The notes: generated from the sequence alone by a model not told the origin. Shown: positions 43,435 to 54,158, counted from the first letter of the stretch. The stretch: DNA of 64,000 nt from an uncultured Gemmatimonadaceae bacterium (GCA_964605205.1 CAZSBL010000001.1:2405-66404); one strand, 5' to 3'. Made by a program: numbers and translations.

Positions 43435-44400
43435 TCAAGCGGTTGCGGGGATCAGGTGTTGGATGGCCAGCTCGATCTCGGGTCCGTCTTTCAGGAGGAA
43501 GAGGGTGTAGGTCGAGTCGTCGTCGCCTTCGACGTGCAGGATCTCGGCCCAGACGCCGGGCCGGTGTTGGATCCGTCGGGGAGCGGGGAGGGCGATGCGT
43601 CGTGCCCCGAACAGGGTTCGGTAGACGAATACGAGCCCGTGGACGGTGAGGACGAGCCAGCCGTTGCGGAAGGCCCCGGAGCCTTTCCGGCCGTGGAGTG
43701 CGGCGCGGGTCCCGTGGGGTGGCGCGGCGCCGAGGGGTGTATCATCGAGGAGGTGGCGGGCATAGCGCGGCATGTCTTCGAGCTCGCGCCATCGGGCGGG
43801 ACGGAAGATGGAGCGGAGCCAGGCGGCGGTGGCGCGGGACCCGAGGCGGAACGCTCTCCAGATCCGGGGCCCGAAGAGGGTGGCGATGAAGAGGAGCACG
43901 CCGGCGGCGATGAGGGTGTAGGTGGGGAAGCGGAACGCGAGGACGGCGAAGGCGGCGGCGAGGATGTCCTCGCCCACGCTGATCCAGGGGTGCCAGCGAG
44001 TGCGGAGGGTGGCGTTGAGGGCCATGCGGCTTCCGGCCTTGGTGCCGTGGGCGGCGAGGGCCACGACGAGGGCGAGGGCGGCGCCGCCGGCCATGATGGC
44101 GGCGGGCTGTCCCCACAGCGCGGCCACGGCCAGGAGCGCGGCGCCGGGGGCCCGGATGAAGGTGTGGACGGTATCCCAGAGGGAGTCGGCGTGGCGGATC
44201 TTGTCGATGACGGCCTCGACCATGTAGAGGGCCACGGCGCTGGCGATGACGATCCACCCTTCGAGGCCCTGGAGGCCGGTGGGGAGGGCGGGCAGGAGGT
44301 CGAAGCGGGAGAGGATGCCGAGGGCGGCCACGGTGAGGTAGAGGTTGAGGCCGCAGGCGACGGCCATGCCGACGAGCTGGCCGGCCATCACGAGGGTCAT
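43435..44400 (-). CDS. DUF4126-like polytopic membrane protein with C-terminal PH-like beta-rich domain
   Basis: Track ORF 43435..44982 trimmed to Met 44400 (ATGA overlap with the KS stop). N-terminal ~190 aa are hydrophobic helices (GLNLYLTVAALGILSRF, AALLAVAALWGQPAAIMAGGAALALVVALAAHG). The C-terminus NGWLVLTVHGLVFVYR...YTLFLLKDG looks PH/GRAM-like (inference). Confidence 0.55.
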   Translation of the reverse strand: MTLVMAGQLVGMAVACGLNLYLTVAALGILSRFDLLPALPTGLQGLEGWIVIASAVALYMVEAVIDKIRHADSLWDTVHTFIRAPGAALLAVAALWGQPAAIMAGGAALALVVALAAHGTKAGSRMALNATLRTRWHPWISVGEDILAAAFAVLAFRFPTYTLIAAGVLLFIATLFGPRIWRAFRLGSRATAAWLRSIFRPARWRELEDMPRYARHLLDDTPLGAAPPHGTRAALHGRKGSGAFRNGWLVLTVHGLVFVYRTLFGARRIALPAPRRIQHRPGVWAEILHVEGDDDSTYTLFLLKDGPEIELAIQHLIPATA

Positions 44401-45662
44401 GGGGCCCTCCGGATCACCAGCGACGCGTTGATTCCGCCGAACCCGAAGGAGTTGGAGAGACAGACCCGGGAGTGGTGGTCGCGGCCGGAGCCGGTGACGT
44501 AGTCGAGGTCGCACTCGGCGCCCCCGTCGTGAAAGTTGACGGTGGGCGGGACCCAGTCGTGTTCCATGGCCAGGCAGGCGATGGCCACCTCCATGGCGCC
44601 GGAGGCGCCGAGGGCGTGGCCGTGGTAGGCCTTGGTGCCGCTCACCGGCACGTGGTAGGCGTGGTCCCCGAGGACCTGCTTGATGGCGTCGGTCTCGGTA
44701 CTGTCGTTGAGGGGCGTGGACGAGCCGTGGGGATTCACGTAGTCGACCGTTTCGGGGGTCAGGCCGGCGGAGCGGAGCGCCAGGCGCATGGCCCGTGCGG
44801 CCTGGCTCCCATCGGGGCGGGGCGCGGTCATGTGATGGGCGTCGTTGGTGGTGCCGTAGCCGGCGAGCTCGCCGTAGATCCGGGCGCCTCGCTCCACGGC
44901 CCGGTCCCAGCGCTCGAGGACCACGGTGCACCCGCCCTCGCCCATGACAAACCCGTCGCGGTCCTTGTCGAACGGGCGGCACGCGGCTTCGGGCTCGTTG
45001 TTCCGGGTGCTCATGGCGCGGATCAGGGAGAAGGCACCGAAGGAGAGGGGCGCCAGCGGCGCTTCCACACCGCCGGCCACGGCCACCTCACTGGTGCCGT
45101 CGCGGATCAGGCGGAACGCCTCACCGATGGCGATGGTGCCGGAGGCGCACGACATGGCGTTGGTGGCGTTGGGGCCGGTGAAGCCGAACTCGATGGCCAC
45201 GCCACAGGAGGCGGCGCCTCCGAAGGTAGTGAGGGCGACCCGGGGGTCCACGGCCCGCTTCCCGCCCCTGACCAGGTTGACCACCTGCTCCTCGGCGTAC
45301 GCCACGCCGCCGAGGGCGGAGCCGAACTGCACCGCCACCGCATCCGGATCGATGTGGTCGGGCTCGAGGGCGGCGTCGGCGAGGGCCATGCGGGTGGTGG
45401 CCACGGCGAAGTGCATGAACCGATCGAGGCGCCGGACCTTCTGCGCGTCCATGAAGTCGGCGGGGTCGAAGTCGTCGACCTCGGCCACGAGGTGGGAGCG
45501 CCACTGGCTCGGGTCGAAGCGGGTGGCTCGCCGGATCGGGGACCGGGCCGCGCGCAGGCCGGCCAGCAGCCCGTCGGGGCCGGAGCCCACGGCGGTGATG
45601 GGTCCGATGCCGGTGATCGCCACCCGGTGCGGCGCGCCATTGGGGTCCACATCGTCACGCAT
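44397..45662 (-). CDS. FabF/FabB-type beta-ketoacyl synthase (accessory, non-fab context)
   Basis: Track ORF trimmed to Met 45662. RVAITGIGPITAVG N-terminus. Cys-His-His triad in AMSCASG, DAHHMTAP and NPHGSSTPLND. Also SGTKAYHGHALGASG and the C-terminal SNSFGFGGINASLV. Confidence 0.85.
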   Translation of the reverse strand: MRDDVDPNGAPHRVAITGIGPITAVGSGPDGLLAGLRAARSPIRRATRFDPSQWRSHLVAEVDDFDPADFMDAQKVRRLDRFMHFAVATTRMALADAALEPDHIDPDAVAVQFGSALGGVAYAEEQVVNLVRGGKRAVDPRVALTTFGGAASCGVAIEFGFTGPNATNAMSCASGTIAIGEAFRLIRDGTSEVAVAGGVEAPLAPLSFGAFSLIRAMSTRNNEPEAACRPFDKDRDGFVMGEGGCTVVLERWDRAVERGARIYGELAGYGTTNDAHHMTAPRPDGSQAARAMRLALRSAGLTPETVDYVNPHGSSTPLNDSTETDAIKQVLGDHAYHVPVSGTKAYHGHALGASGAMEVAIACLAMEHDWVPPTVNFHDGGAECDLDYVTGSGRDHHSRVCLSNSFGFGGINASLVIRRAP

Positions 45663-46227
45663 CCGGGCCCTCCGCCCTCGGCTCCGTCTGGCCGTCGCCG
45701 GGCTCCGCCTGCGCCTGGCCGGTACCGGAGTGGAGCGTATCACCAGTGCCGTCCGGCTCCAGGGCCGCCTGGCGCTGGGCCTCGGCGCAGATGCCGTCGA
45801 GCGTACGCTGCGCGATGAAGCTGACGAAGTGCGGTCCGATGACGCGGTTCGCGGCGAAGCGGCTGATGAGCGGCCAGTCCGGACCGTCCCATTCGTGGGT
45901 GATCCGGACCACGGTGCCCTCGGTGGCGGGGAGGAAGATCCAGGCGACCTTCATCCCGGTGGTGATCCCATCGATGTGGTTGTAGCGGACGATGGGCTCG
46001 TCCGGGTCGGCCTCCATGTGAGACTTCCACCAGGTCGGCCACCGGAACGGCCCCGGGAAGTCGCGCCAGGCGGCCATCTCCACCACGCCGCGGCCGAAGC
46101 CGCGCTTTTCGCTGAAACGGACCCATCGGTAGTGGGGGAGGATCTCGGGCCACCGCTCGACGTCGGCGGCCACGCGGAAGACGATGTCGGCGGGCGCGAC
46201 GGTCACCTGCTGGTCGATGCGGATCAT
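45655..46227 (-). CDS. SRPBCC-superfamily protein (polyketide cyclase/dehydrase, START/Coq10-like)
   Basis: Track ORF trimmed to Met 46227 (ATGA overlap). VAADVERWPEILPHYRWVRF and VVRITHEW blocks are typical of Polyketide_cyc2-type SRPBCC proteins. Low-complexity acidic/Gly tail. Confidence 0.65.
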   Translation of the reverse strand: MIRIDQQVTVAPADIVFRVAADVERWPEILPHYRWVRFSEKRGFGRGVVEMAAWRDFPGPFRWPTWWKSHMEADPDEPIVRYNHIDGITTGMKVAWIFLPATEGTVVRITHEWDGPDWPLISRFAANRVIGPHFVSFIAQRTLDGICAEAQRQAALEPDGTGDTLHSGTGQAQAEPGDGQTEPRAEGPDA

Positions 46228-47489
46228 GGACGCTCCGGGTCGGGGGGAAAGAGGAAGCTCGATACCACGGCGGTCGAAAGCAAGGACCGGGGTGGGCGCA
46301 GGTCGCCGGTGACATCGATGAGCCGATCCATGGCGGGCCGTGCGTCGGCCAGGCGGCCGATTACCGGATTGGCGAGCCACGGTCGGGAGACCACGGCCTC
46401 GACCAGTCGCTGGACCCGCCGGACCGGGCGGGTCAGGGAGCGCCTGGCGGTGGCGTAGCGCCGGAGGGCCGTATCGAGGGCCCGGTGTTCGGCCTCCACA
46501 CGGTCGGCGGCCCGGGGGGTCCCGGCCAGCACCGGGCCGACGAAGCTCGCCAACCGCTCGGCGGCCGCCATGGCGTGGTAGATCCCCTGGCCGGTGAACG
46601 GGTCGTAGTAGCCGGCGGCATCGCCTACGAGGGCCGCGCCGTGGGCCACGGGCGATCGGGTCGGCCAGTCGAAGGGGCCGGAAGCCAGAAGGCCGTCGAT
46701 GGGCAGGTCGCCGAACCGTTGTCGCACCGACGGCACGCGCTCGAGCCAGCCGCGGAAGAAGGGCTCGGCGCCAGCGCGGAGACCTTCGCTGTGGTCGTCG
46801 TCGACCACCAGCGTGAGGTTGTACCGGGGCCCGGCCGGTGCCACGCCGAGCACGCCGCCGCGCAGGACGTGCATCTCGCCGTGCCGCATGAGAGTCGCTC
46901 CGGCCTGGCCGCCGGGTTGGGTCATGTGGGCGGTGAGGGAGACCTTGCGGAGCCGGGGCGGGCGGCGGATCACGCCGAGCTGTCGTGCCACCACGGACCG
47001 GAGCCCGTCGGCGCCCACTACCAGGCGGGCCGTGAGGCGCTCCCCTTCGCGGGTGACCACGCCACGCACCCGGCCCGGGGCCGGACCCGACGGATCGGCG
47101 CCGTCTTTCTCACGGGCCAGGCCGGTGACGTGGGCCTGCCGCAGGCGGCACCCCGCCTCGACGGCCGCGTCGACCAGGATGGCGTCGAGGATCCGTCGCT
47201 CGAGGGCCAGCGCGGTACGGTCGAGCCGGCCCGTGGCGACGCCGCCATCGGGCGCCACGATCTGCCACCGCTCGATGGGAGTGGCGGGTTCCCGGACGCG
47301 CGCGAGGAGCCCGATCCGTTCCAGGAGGAGCGTGGCGGCGGCGCTCATGCAGTCACCGCACGGCTTCGGCCGGGGGAACCGGGCGCGGTCGAGAAGGAGC
47401 ACGTCGAGGCCCTGCCGGGCCAGGAGGAGCCCGGTGATGGCGCCGCCCGGCCCGGCGCCGACCACGATGACATCGGCCGTGGGGCGCAT
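46224..47489 (-). CDS. FAD-dependent oxidoreductase (geranylgeranyl-reductase / flavin monooxygenase-like family)
   Basis: Track ORF trimmed to Met 47489. Dinucleotide fold DVIVVGAGPGGAITGLLLARQG, plus PKPCGDC, VGADGLRSVVAR and LVGDAAGYYDPFTGQGI blocks. Confidence 0.75.
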   Translation of the reverse strand: MRPTADVIVVGAGPGGAITGLLLARQGLDVLLLDRARFPRPKPCGDCMSAAATLLLERIGLLARVREPATPIERWQIVAPDGGVATGRLDRTALALERRILDAILVDAAVEAGCRLRQAHVTGLAREKDGADPSGPAPGRVRGVVTREGERLTARLVVGADGLRSVVARQLGVIRRPPRLRKVSLTAHMTQPGGQAGATLMRHGEMHVLRGGVLGVAPAGPRYNLTLVVDDDHSEGLRAGAEPFFRGWLERVPSVRQRFGDLPIDGLLASGPFDWPTRSPVAHGAALVGDAAGYYDPFTGQGIYHAMAAAERLASFVGPVLAGTPRAADRVEAEHRALDTALRRYATARRSLTRPVRRVQRLVEAVVSRPWLANPVIGRLADARPAMDRLIDVTGDLRPPRSLLSTAVVSSFLFPPDPERP

Positions 47490-47490
47490 G

Positions 47491-48210
47491 TCAGGCCTCC
47501 GCCCGGAGCACGAGCCGGTAGAAGGGGTGGCGGTGGACGGTGGCCCGGAGCTCGGCCGTGTGGGCGAGCTCGAGGAGCTCCGTGGGGGTGAACGACCGGC
47601 GCACCGAGAGGGGTCCATCGTGCCGCGTCACGAGGTTGCCGCGCCAGACCGTGGCGGCCAGGAGTCGGGCGCCGAGGTAGTTCGGCAGCGCACGCTCCAG
47701 CTCCCCCACCAGGATCCGCCCGCCCCGGGCGACCCGGGCCGCCTCGCGCAGGAGGGTGGTGAGGTCGGGCCCGTCCATGTGGTGGAGCGTCATCCCGAGG
47801 TGGACCAGGTCGAAGGCGCCGTCCCGGAAGGGGAGGCGGAGCCCATCGCCGCGGACCAGCCCGATACGGGGCTCCCGTTCGCGGGCAGCGGCGAGGGTCC
47901 GGGCATGGACGTCGAGGCCGGTCACGTGGGCCGGCCGGCCCCGGCGCCGTGCCCAGCGGGCGATGGCGGCGGCCAGGTCGGCGGCGCCGGTCCCCACGTC
48001 GAGGACCCGGGCCGGCCCGGACGCCGGAGCCACCGCCTCGTCGCCGGGAGCCGGGAGCGCCCACGGCAGGTGGCGCAGGAGCGCGCGCCGGGCGCCGAGC
48101 CAGCGGTTCACGGCCACGATGTGCCCGAGGGCCGAGCGGAGCGCGTCCGGATCCACGTCCGCCGCGTCCATCCGCTCCGGCGTCTCCACGGCGCGGTCGA
48201 GGCGCGTCAT
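47491..48210 (-). CDS. class I SAM-dependent methyltransferase
   Basis: Motif I VLDVGTGAADLA, post-I HVTGLDV, motif II/III FDLVHLGMTLHHM and GGRILVGE. Confidence 0.8.
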   Translation of the reverse strand: MTRLDRAVETPERMDAADVDPDALRSALGHIVAVNRWLGARRALLRHLPWALPAPGDEAVAPASGPARVLDVGTGAADLAAAIARWARRRGRPAHVTGLDVHARTLAAAREREPRIGLVRGDGLRLPFRDGAFDLVHLGMTLHHMDGPDLTTLLREAARVARGGRILVGELERALPNYLGARLLAATVWRGNLVTRHDGPLSVRRSFTPTELLELAHTAELRATVHRHPFYRLVLRAEA

Positions 48211-50036
48211 CAGTGGGGGAAGTGCAGGAGGCTACCGGTGATCGGCGGGATGCGGGAGCGGCCGATCCGCGGATCGAGGAACGGCGCGGACACGCCCAGG
48301 TACTCACCGACTCCGATCAGGAGCTGGAAATCGCCGAGGCGCGAGTCGGGGCCGATGGGGACCGCGACATCGATCCGATAGGTGTTCGTCCCGCCGGCCG
48401 GGAAGTTGATCCGGAGCCCGGTCCCGAGGGTGCCGCGCCAGCCGGAGTCGATCCCGAACGGCGCGTCGCCGGGCCACATCCGGCCCACGTCCAGGAAGAG
48501 CGATGTACCGATGTCCGCTACGTCCGGCAGCAGCCACTCCTGGTGCCAGCGGTCCTCTACGTTGAAGACCAGGCGGCGCCCCCCGGGAAACGCCTCGTCC
48601 GCCCAGCCGCGGAGAGCCTGCCTGCCGCCCAGCGTCAGCTGGAACGGGATCTCGGAGTTCCAGCCGCCGGCCGCGGCCGCGCGGAAGAGGAGCGTGTGAT
48701 TCCGGACCGCGTCGGGCTCCAGGTAGAGCAGCACCTCCCCTTCGGTCAGGAGGTCCCTCATCTCCGGCTCGCCCGGCTCCGTGTGGTAGTCGCGGCGGCT
48801 GTCGAACCGGACCCGGGACGCGACGAAGAGCTCCGGCGGGCCCGCGGCCACGTAGAAGTCGCTGGCCAGGTACATGTCGTTGTCGGTCCGGAACCCGGGC
48901 AGCGCCCGGGCCACGGCCAGGTCGATCTCGGCGCCCAGCCGAACGTCCTCGTCGCCGTCGAAGCTGTCGAGGCCCGATCGCTGCTGCCAGGTGATGTTCC
49001 GCTTCCCGAGCAGGAACACGCCCCGGACGTTCTCCAGCGGTCGGGTCAGCTCGAGCACCGGCTCCCGCAGCGCGGGTGATACGAGCTCGCGCTCGTCGTA
49101 GGCGCTTCCCATCACCCTGGTGATGGCGGTGGCCGGGTCGTGCGGATAAGAGAGCCGCTGCACGCTGACCCCGCCGCCCAGCATGGTCAGGTTGCCCCGC
49201 TCGCCGAACCGACGGATCCCGGCCACGTGGAACCCCTGCCGCCGGAGCGGGACGAGGATCCGGCAGCTCGGGCCGTCGGCCGGGCAGTCGGGGCCCCGGG
49301 GCAGCACGTAGTCGAACAGACGGTCCCGGTAGTGGAACCACTCCCGCATCGCCCAGGTGCCCATCTCCCCCAGGAAGGGGTAGCGGATCTCCTGGTGGAT
49401 CAGGTTCCCGGCCCGGGTCTTCCCGGCGGCCACCGTCAGGTCCCATCGCGTACGGAAGAGCTGCGGGGTGTTGTACCGTAGACCGTACGCCCGCGTGGGC
49501 TCCATGGCCTCGTAGAAGAACTCGAGCATCTGCCCGGTCCCCAGGATGTTCTTTTCCCGGACCGCCAGCTTCTCGAATTCGAGCTCACCACTTATGTCGT
49601 ATTGGATCTCGACCTGCGTGGTCCACTCGTCCTCGGTGTCCACAATCACGTGCCAGCTGCCGTCTTCCTGCCGAATGCCGTAGACATCGGCGTGCGCGAT
49701 GAAGTCGTAGGCCCGCAGCAGGCGCCCGGACTCCTCCAGCAGGACGGGATCGTAGCACTGGCCTCGCCCGAAGAGCAGCTCGCGACCGATGAACTCCTTG
49801 CCGGTCCGGACGTGGAGCTTGTTCGCCAACGAGTACGCCCACCGGAACCGGGCGTCGAGACCCGGGTCCGAGGTGTCGAAGATCGAGTGGTTGTCTACGA
49901 AGATCTCCTCGATCACCCCGTTCGCACACGTGTCCGCGGCCCCCTCCTGCCCCGCCGCCGGCACCGCCACGAGAACGGCCAGTACGGTGGCAGAAAGGAG
50001 CCCGAGACGGCGCACGCTGGCAGCTCGAAAGCTCAT
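48210..50036 (-). CDS. Omp85-family outer-membrane beta-barrel protein with a single POTRA-like domain
   Basis: Track ORF trimmed to Met 50036. Signal peptide LLSATVLAVLVAVPAAGQ. One POTRA-like module (IEEIFVDNHSIFD...VIVDTEDEW). Barrel with an RGW loop motif (QALRGWADEAFPG) and terminal strands GTLGTGLRINFP...TYRIDVAVPI. Its stop shares a base with the methyltransferase ATG. Confidence 0.65.
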   Translation of the reverse strand: MSFRAASVRRLGLLSATVLAVLVAVPAAGQEGAADTCANGVIEEIFVDNHSIFDTSDPGLDARFRWAYSLANKLHVRTGKEFIGRELLFGRGQCYDPVLLEESGRLLRAYDFIAHADVYGIRQEDGSWHVIVDTEDEWTTQVEIQYDISGELEFEKLAVREKNILGTGQMLEFFYEAMEPTRAYGLRYNTPQLFRTRWDLTVAAGKTRAGNLIHQEIRYPFLGEMGTWAMREWFHYRDRLFDYVLPRGPDCPADGPSCRILVPLRRQGFHVAGIRRFGERGNLTMLGGGVSVQRLSYPHDPATAITRVMGSAYDERELVSPALREPVLELTRPLENVRGVFLLGKRNITWQQRSGLDSFDGDEDVRLGAEIDLAVARALPGFRTDNDMYLASDFYVAAGPPELFVASRVRFDSRRDYHTEPGEPEMRDLLTEGEVLLYLEPDAVRNHTLLFRAAAAGGWNSEIPFQLTLGGRQALRGWADEAFPGGRRLVFNVEDRWHQEWLLPDVADIGTSLFLDVGRMWPGDAPFGIDSGWRGTLGTGLRINFPAGGTNTYRIDVAVPIGPDSRLGDFQLLIGVGEYLGVSAPFLDPRIGRSRIPPITGSLLHFPH

Positions 50037-50127
50037 GGGATCGGGTGGATTCCAGGTCCTCGGGGTCGGGGTGGGAGAATCGCGCAACCGGACGCCGCAC
50101 GCAAGCGCGGAACGGCGCCTGATCGCC

Positions 50128-50156
50128 TTGCCATGGGCTGGCGCCAGCGATAGCCT
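50128..50156 (+). promoter_or_regulatory. candidate maeB promoter in the divergent region
   Basis: TTGCCA-N17-TAGCCT about 55 nt upstream of ATG 50212. By-eye prediction only. Confidence 0.25.
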
Positions 50157-50211
50157 TCGCATGCTCGAGTACGCGCACGATACAGACACGCGCAATGGAT
50201 AGAGGCACACC

Positions 50212-52491
50212 ATGTCAGACCGTAAGCGGGAAGCGCTGGAATATCACATCCAGGGGCGGCCCGGCAAGATACAGGTAGTACCGACGAAACCCGTCAGCAC
50301 GCAGCGCGACCTCTCCCTGGCGTACAGCCCCGGGGTGGCGGAGCCGTGCCTGGCGATCCAGGAGAACCCGGAAGACGTGTTCAAGTACACCGCCCGGGGG
50401 AATCTGGTGGCGGTGGTCTCGAACGGCACCGCTGTGCTGGGGCTGGGCAATCTCGGGGCGTTGGGCTCGAAGCCGGTGATGGAGGGGAAGGGCGTGCTGT
50501 TCAAGCGGTTCGCCGACATCGATGTCTTCGATATCGAGGTGGACACGGAGGATCCGGATGAGGTAGTGGATTTCTGCACGCTTATGGAGCCCACGGTTGG
50601 CGGGATCAACCTGGAGGACATCAAGGCGCCGGAGTGTTTCCATATCGAGGAGGCGCTGAAGGAGCGGCTCGAGATCCCGGTGTTCCACGATGACCAGCAC
50701 GGGACGGCGATCATCAGCGGCGCAGGCTTGATGAACGCGCTGGAGATCGTGGGGAAGAAGATCGAGGACGTGAAGATCGTGTTCAGCGGGGCGGGCGCAT
50801 CGGCCATCGCCACGGCCAACCACTATGTGACCATGGGAGCCCGTCGCGAGAACATCTGGATGTGTGACAGCACGGGGCTGATCACGAAGGAGCGAGAGGG
50901 GTCGCTGAACAAGTACAAGGCGGCGTACGCCCAGGACTCGCCGGAGAGTGATCTCCGGGCGTGCATGGAGGGAGCCGACGTGTTCGTGGGGCTGAGCGTG
51001 AAGGGTCTGGTGGACGGCGAGATGGTGAAGTCGATGGCCGACAAGCCGATCATCTTCGCCCTGGCCAATCCGGACCCGGAGATCCTGCCGGAAGAGGTGA
51101 ACGCCGTTCGGGACGACGCCATCATGGCCACGGGCCGGAGCGACTACGACAACCAGGTCAACAACGTGCTCGGCTTTCCGTTCATCTTCCGGGGCGCGCT
51201 GGATGTGCGAGCCCGGGCCATCACCGACAACATGAAGCTGGCGGCGACCCACGCGCTGGCGGAGCTGACGCGGCAGGACGTGCCGGAGTCGGTGGCGCAC
51301 GCGTACGGCGAGGAGAAGTTCGAGTTCGGGCCCCGCTACATCATCCCGAAGCCGTTCGACTACCGGGTGCTGCTCTGGGTGGCGCCGGCGGTGGCGCGTG
51401 CGGCGATCGAGGATGGTGTGGCCCGACACGAGCTGGAGCCGGAGGAGTATCGGACCATGCTGGAGGCGCGGCTCGGGCGTCGCCGCGAGGTGATGCGGGA
51501 CCTGATGCTGATCGCGAAGCGGGATCCCCACCGGATCGTGTACCCGGATGGGGAGAACGACCGCGTGATCCGGGCGGTCCGCCAGGCGGTGGATGAGGGG
51601 ATCGTGCGGCCGGTGCTGCTGGGCCGAGGGGATCGGATCCGCGAGCGCGCCGAAGAGCTGGGGGTCAGCCTGGACGGCGTGGAGGTGGTGGATCCGAACG
51701 CGGAAGAGGAGGTGCAGGAGCGGTATGCCCGGAGGCTGTTCGAGGCTCGGCAGCGGAAGGGCCTCACGCTGGGCGAGGCCCGGGAGCGGCTCCGGCAGAC
51801 CAAGTACTTCGGCTACATGATGGTGGCGGAGGGTGACGCGGATGGCGCCGTGGCCGGTGTGGACTCGCACTATCCGGAGACGATCCGGCCCGCGCTGGAG
51901 TGTATCGGTACGGCCCCGCCGGTGGACCACGTGGCGGGGCTCTACATCATGGCGCTCCAGAACGACCTGATCTTCTTCGCCGACACCACCGTCAACATCG
52001 ATCCCGATGCGGAGACGCTGTCGGAGATCGCGCTGATGGCGGCGGATTTCGTCGAGCGGCTGGGGATCGCCCCCCGGATCGGCATGCTGTCGTTCTCCAA
52101 CTTCGGCTCGAGCCGTGTGCCGGAGGCGCAGAAGGTGCGTGATGCCGTCGCACTGGTACGGGAGAAGCGACCGGAGCTCAAGATCGATGGCGAGATGCAG
52201 GCGGATACCGCCGTGGTCGAGGAGATCCTGGAGGAGCGCTATCCGTTCAACACCATGGGCGGGACGGCGAACGTGCTGATCTTCCCGAACCTGGGCGCGG
52301 CGAACGTGGCGTACAAACTGCTGTCCCGGATCGGGGGTGCCGAAGCCATCGGCCCGGTGCTCATGGGGATGGCGAAGCCCGTCCATACGCTGCAGCGCGG
52401 GAGCGAGGCGGCGGATGTGGTGAACCTGACGGCGCTGGCCGTGGTGGATGCACAGCGGAGCAGCCGTCTGGCCGAGATCGAGGACAACTAG
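50212..52491 (+). CDS. maeB: NADP-dependent malic enzyme (malic enzyme + PTA-like domain)
   Basis: 759 aa. N-terminal malic enzyme blocks (LSLAYSPGVAEPC, VFHDDQHGTAII, GAGASAIA) and a C-terminal phosphate-acetyltransferase-like domain. Confidence 0.9.
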   Translation: MSDRKREALEYHIQGRPGKIQVVPTKPVSTQRDLSLAYSPGVAEPCLAIQENPEDVFKYTARGNLVAVVSNGTAVLGLGNLGALGSKPVMEGKGVLFKRFADIDVFDIEVDTEDPDEVVDFCTLMEPTVGGINLEDIKAPECFHIEEALKERLEIPVFHDDQHGTAIISGAGLMNALEIVGKKIEDVKIVFSGAGASAIATANHYVTMGARRENIWMCDSTGLITKEREGSLNKYKAAYAQDSPESDLRACMEGADVFVGLSVKGLVDGEMVKSMADKPIIFALANPDPEILPEEVNAVRDDAIMATGRSDYDNQVNNVLGFPFIFRGALDVRARAITDNMKLAATHALAELTRQDVPESVAHAYGEEKFEFGPRYIIPKPFDYRVLLWVAPAVARAAIEDGVARHELEPEEYRTMLEARLGRRREVMRDLMLIAKRDPHRIVYPDGENDRVIRAVRQAVDEGIVRPVLLGRGDRIRERAEELGVSLDGVEVVDPNAEEEVQERYARRLFEARQRKGLTLGEARERLRQTKYFGYMMVAEGDADGAVAGVDSHYPETIRPALECIGTAPPVDHVAGLYIMALQNDLIFFADTTVNIDPDAETLSEIALMAADFVERLGIAPRIGMLSFSNFGSSRVPEAQKVRDAVALVREKRPELKIDGEMQADTAVVEEILEERYPFNTMGGTANVLIFPNLGAANVAYKLLSRIGGAEAIGPVLMGMAKPVHTLQRGSEAADVVNLTALAVVDAQRSSRLAEIEDN

Positions 52492-52526
52492 GACAACTAG
52501 CGAGACGATAGACAAAGGACAGGCAA

Positions 52527-54113
<1,587 letters not shown>

Positions 54114-54158
54114 TACCTGGGTGCGCCCTCCTCTTGATGGGGGATGAAGGTCCAGGCG

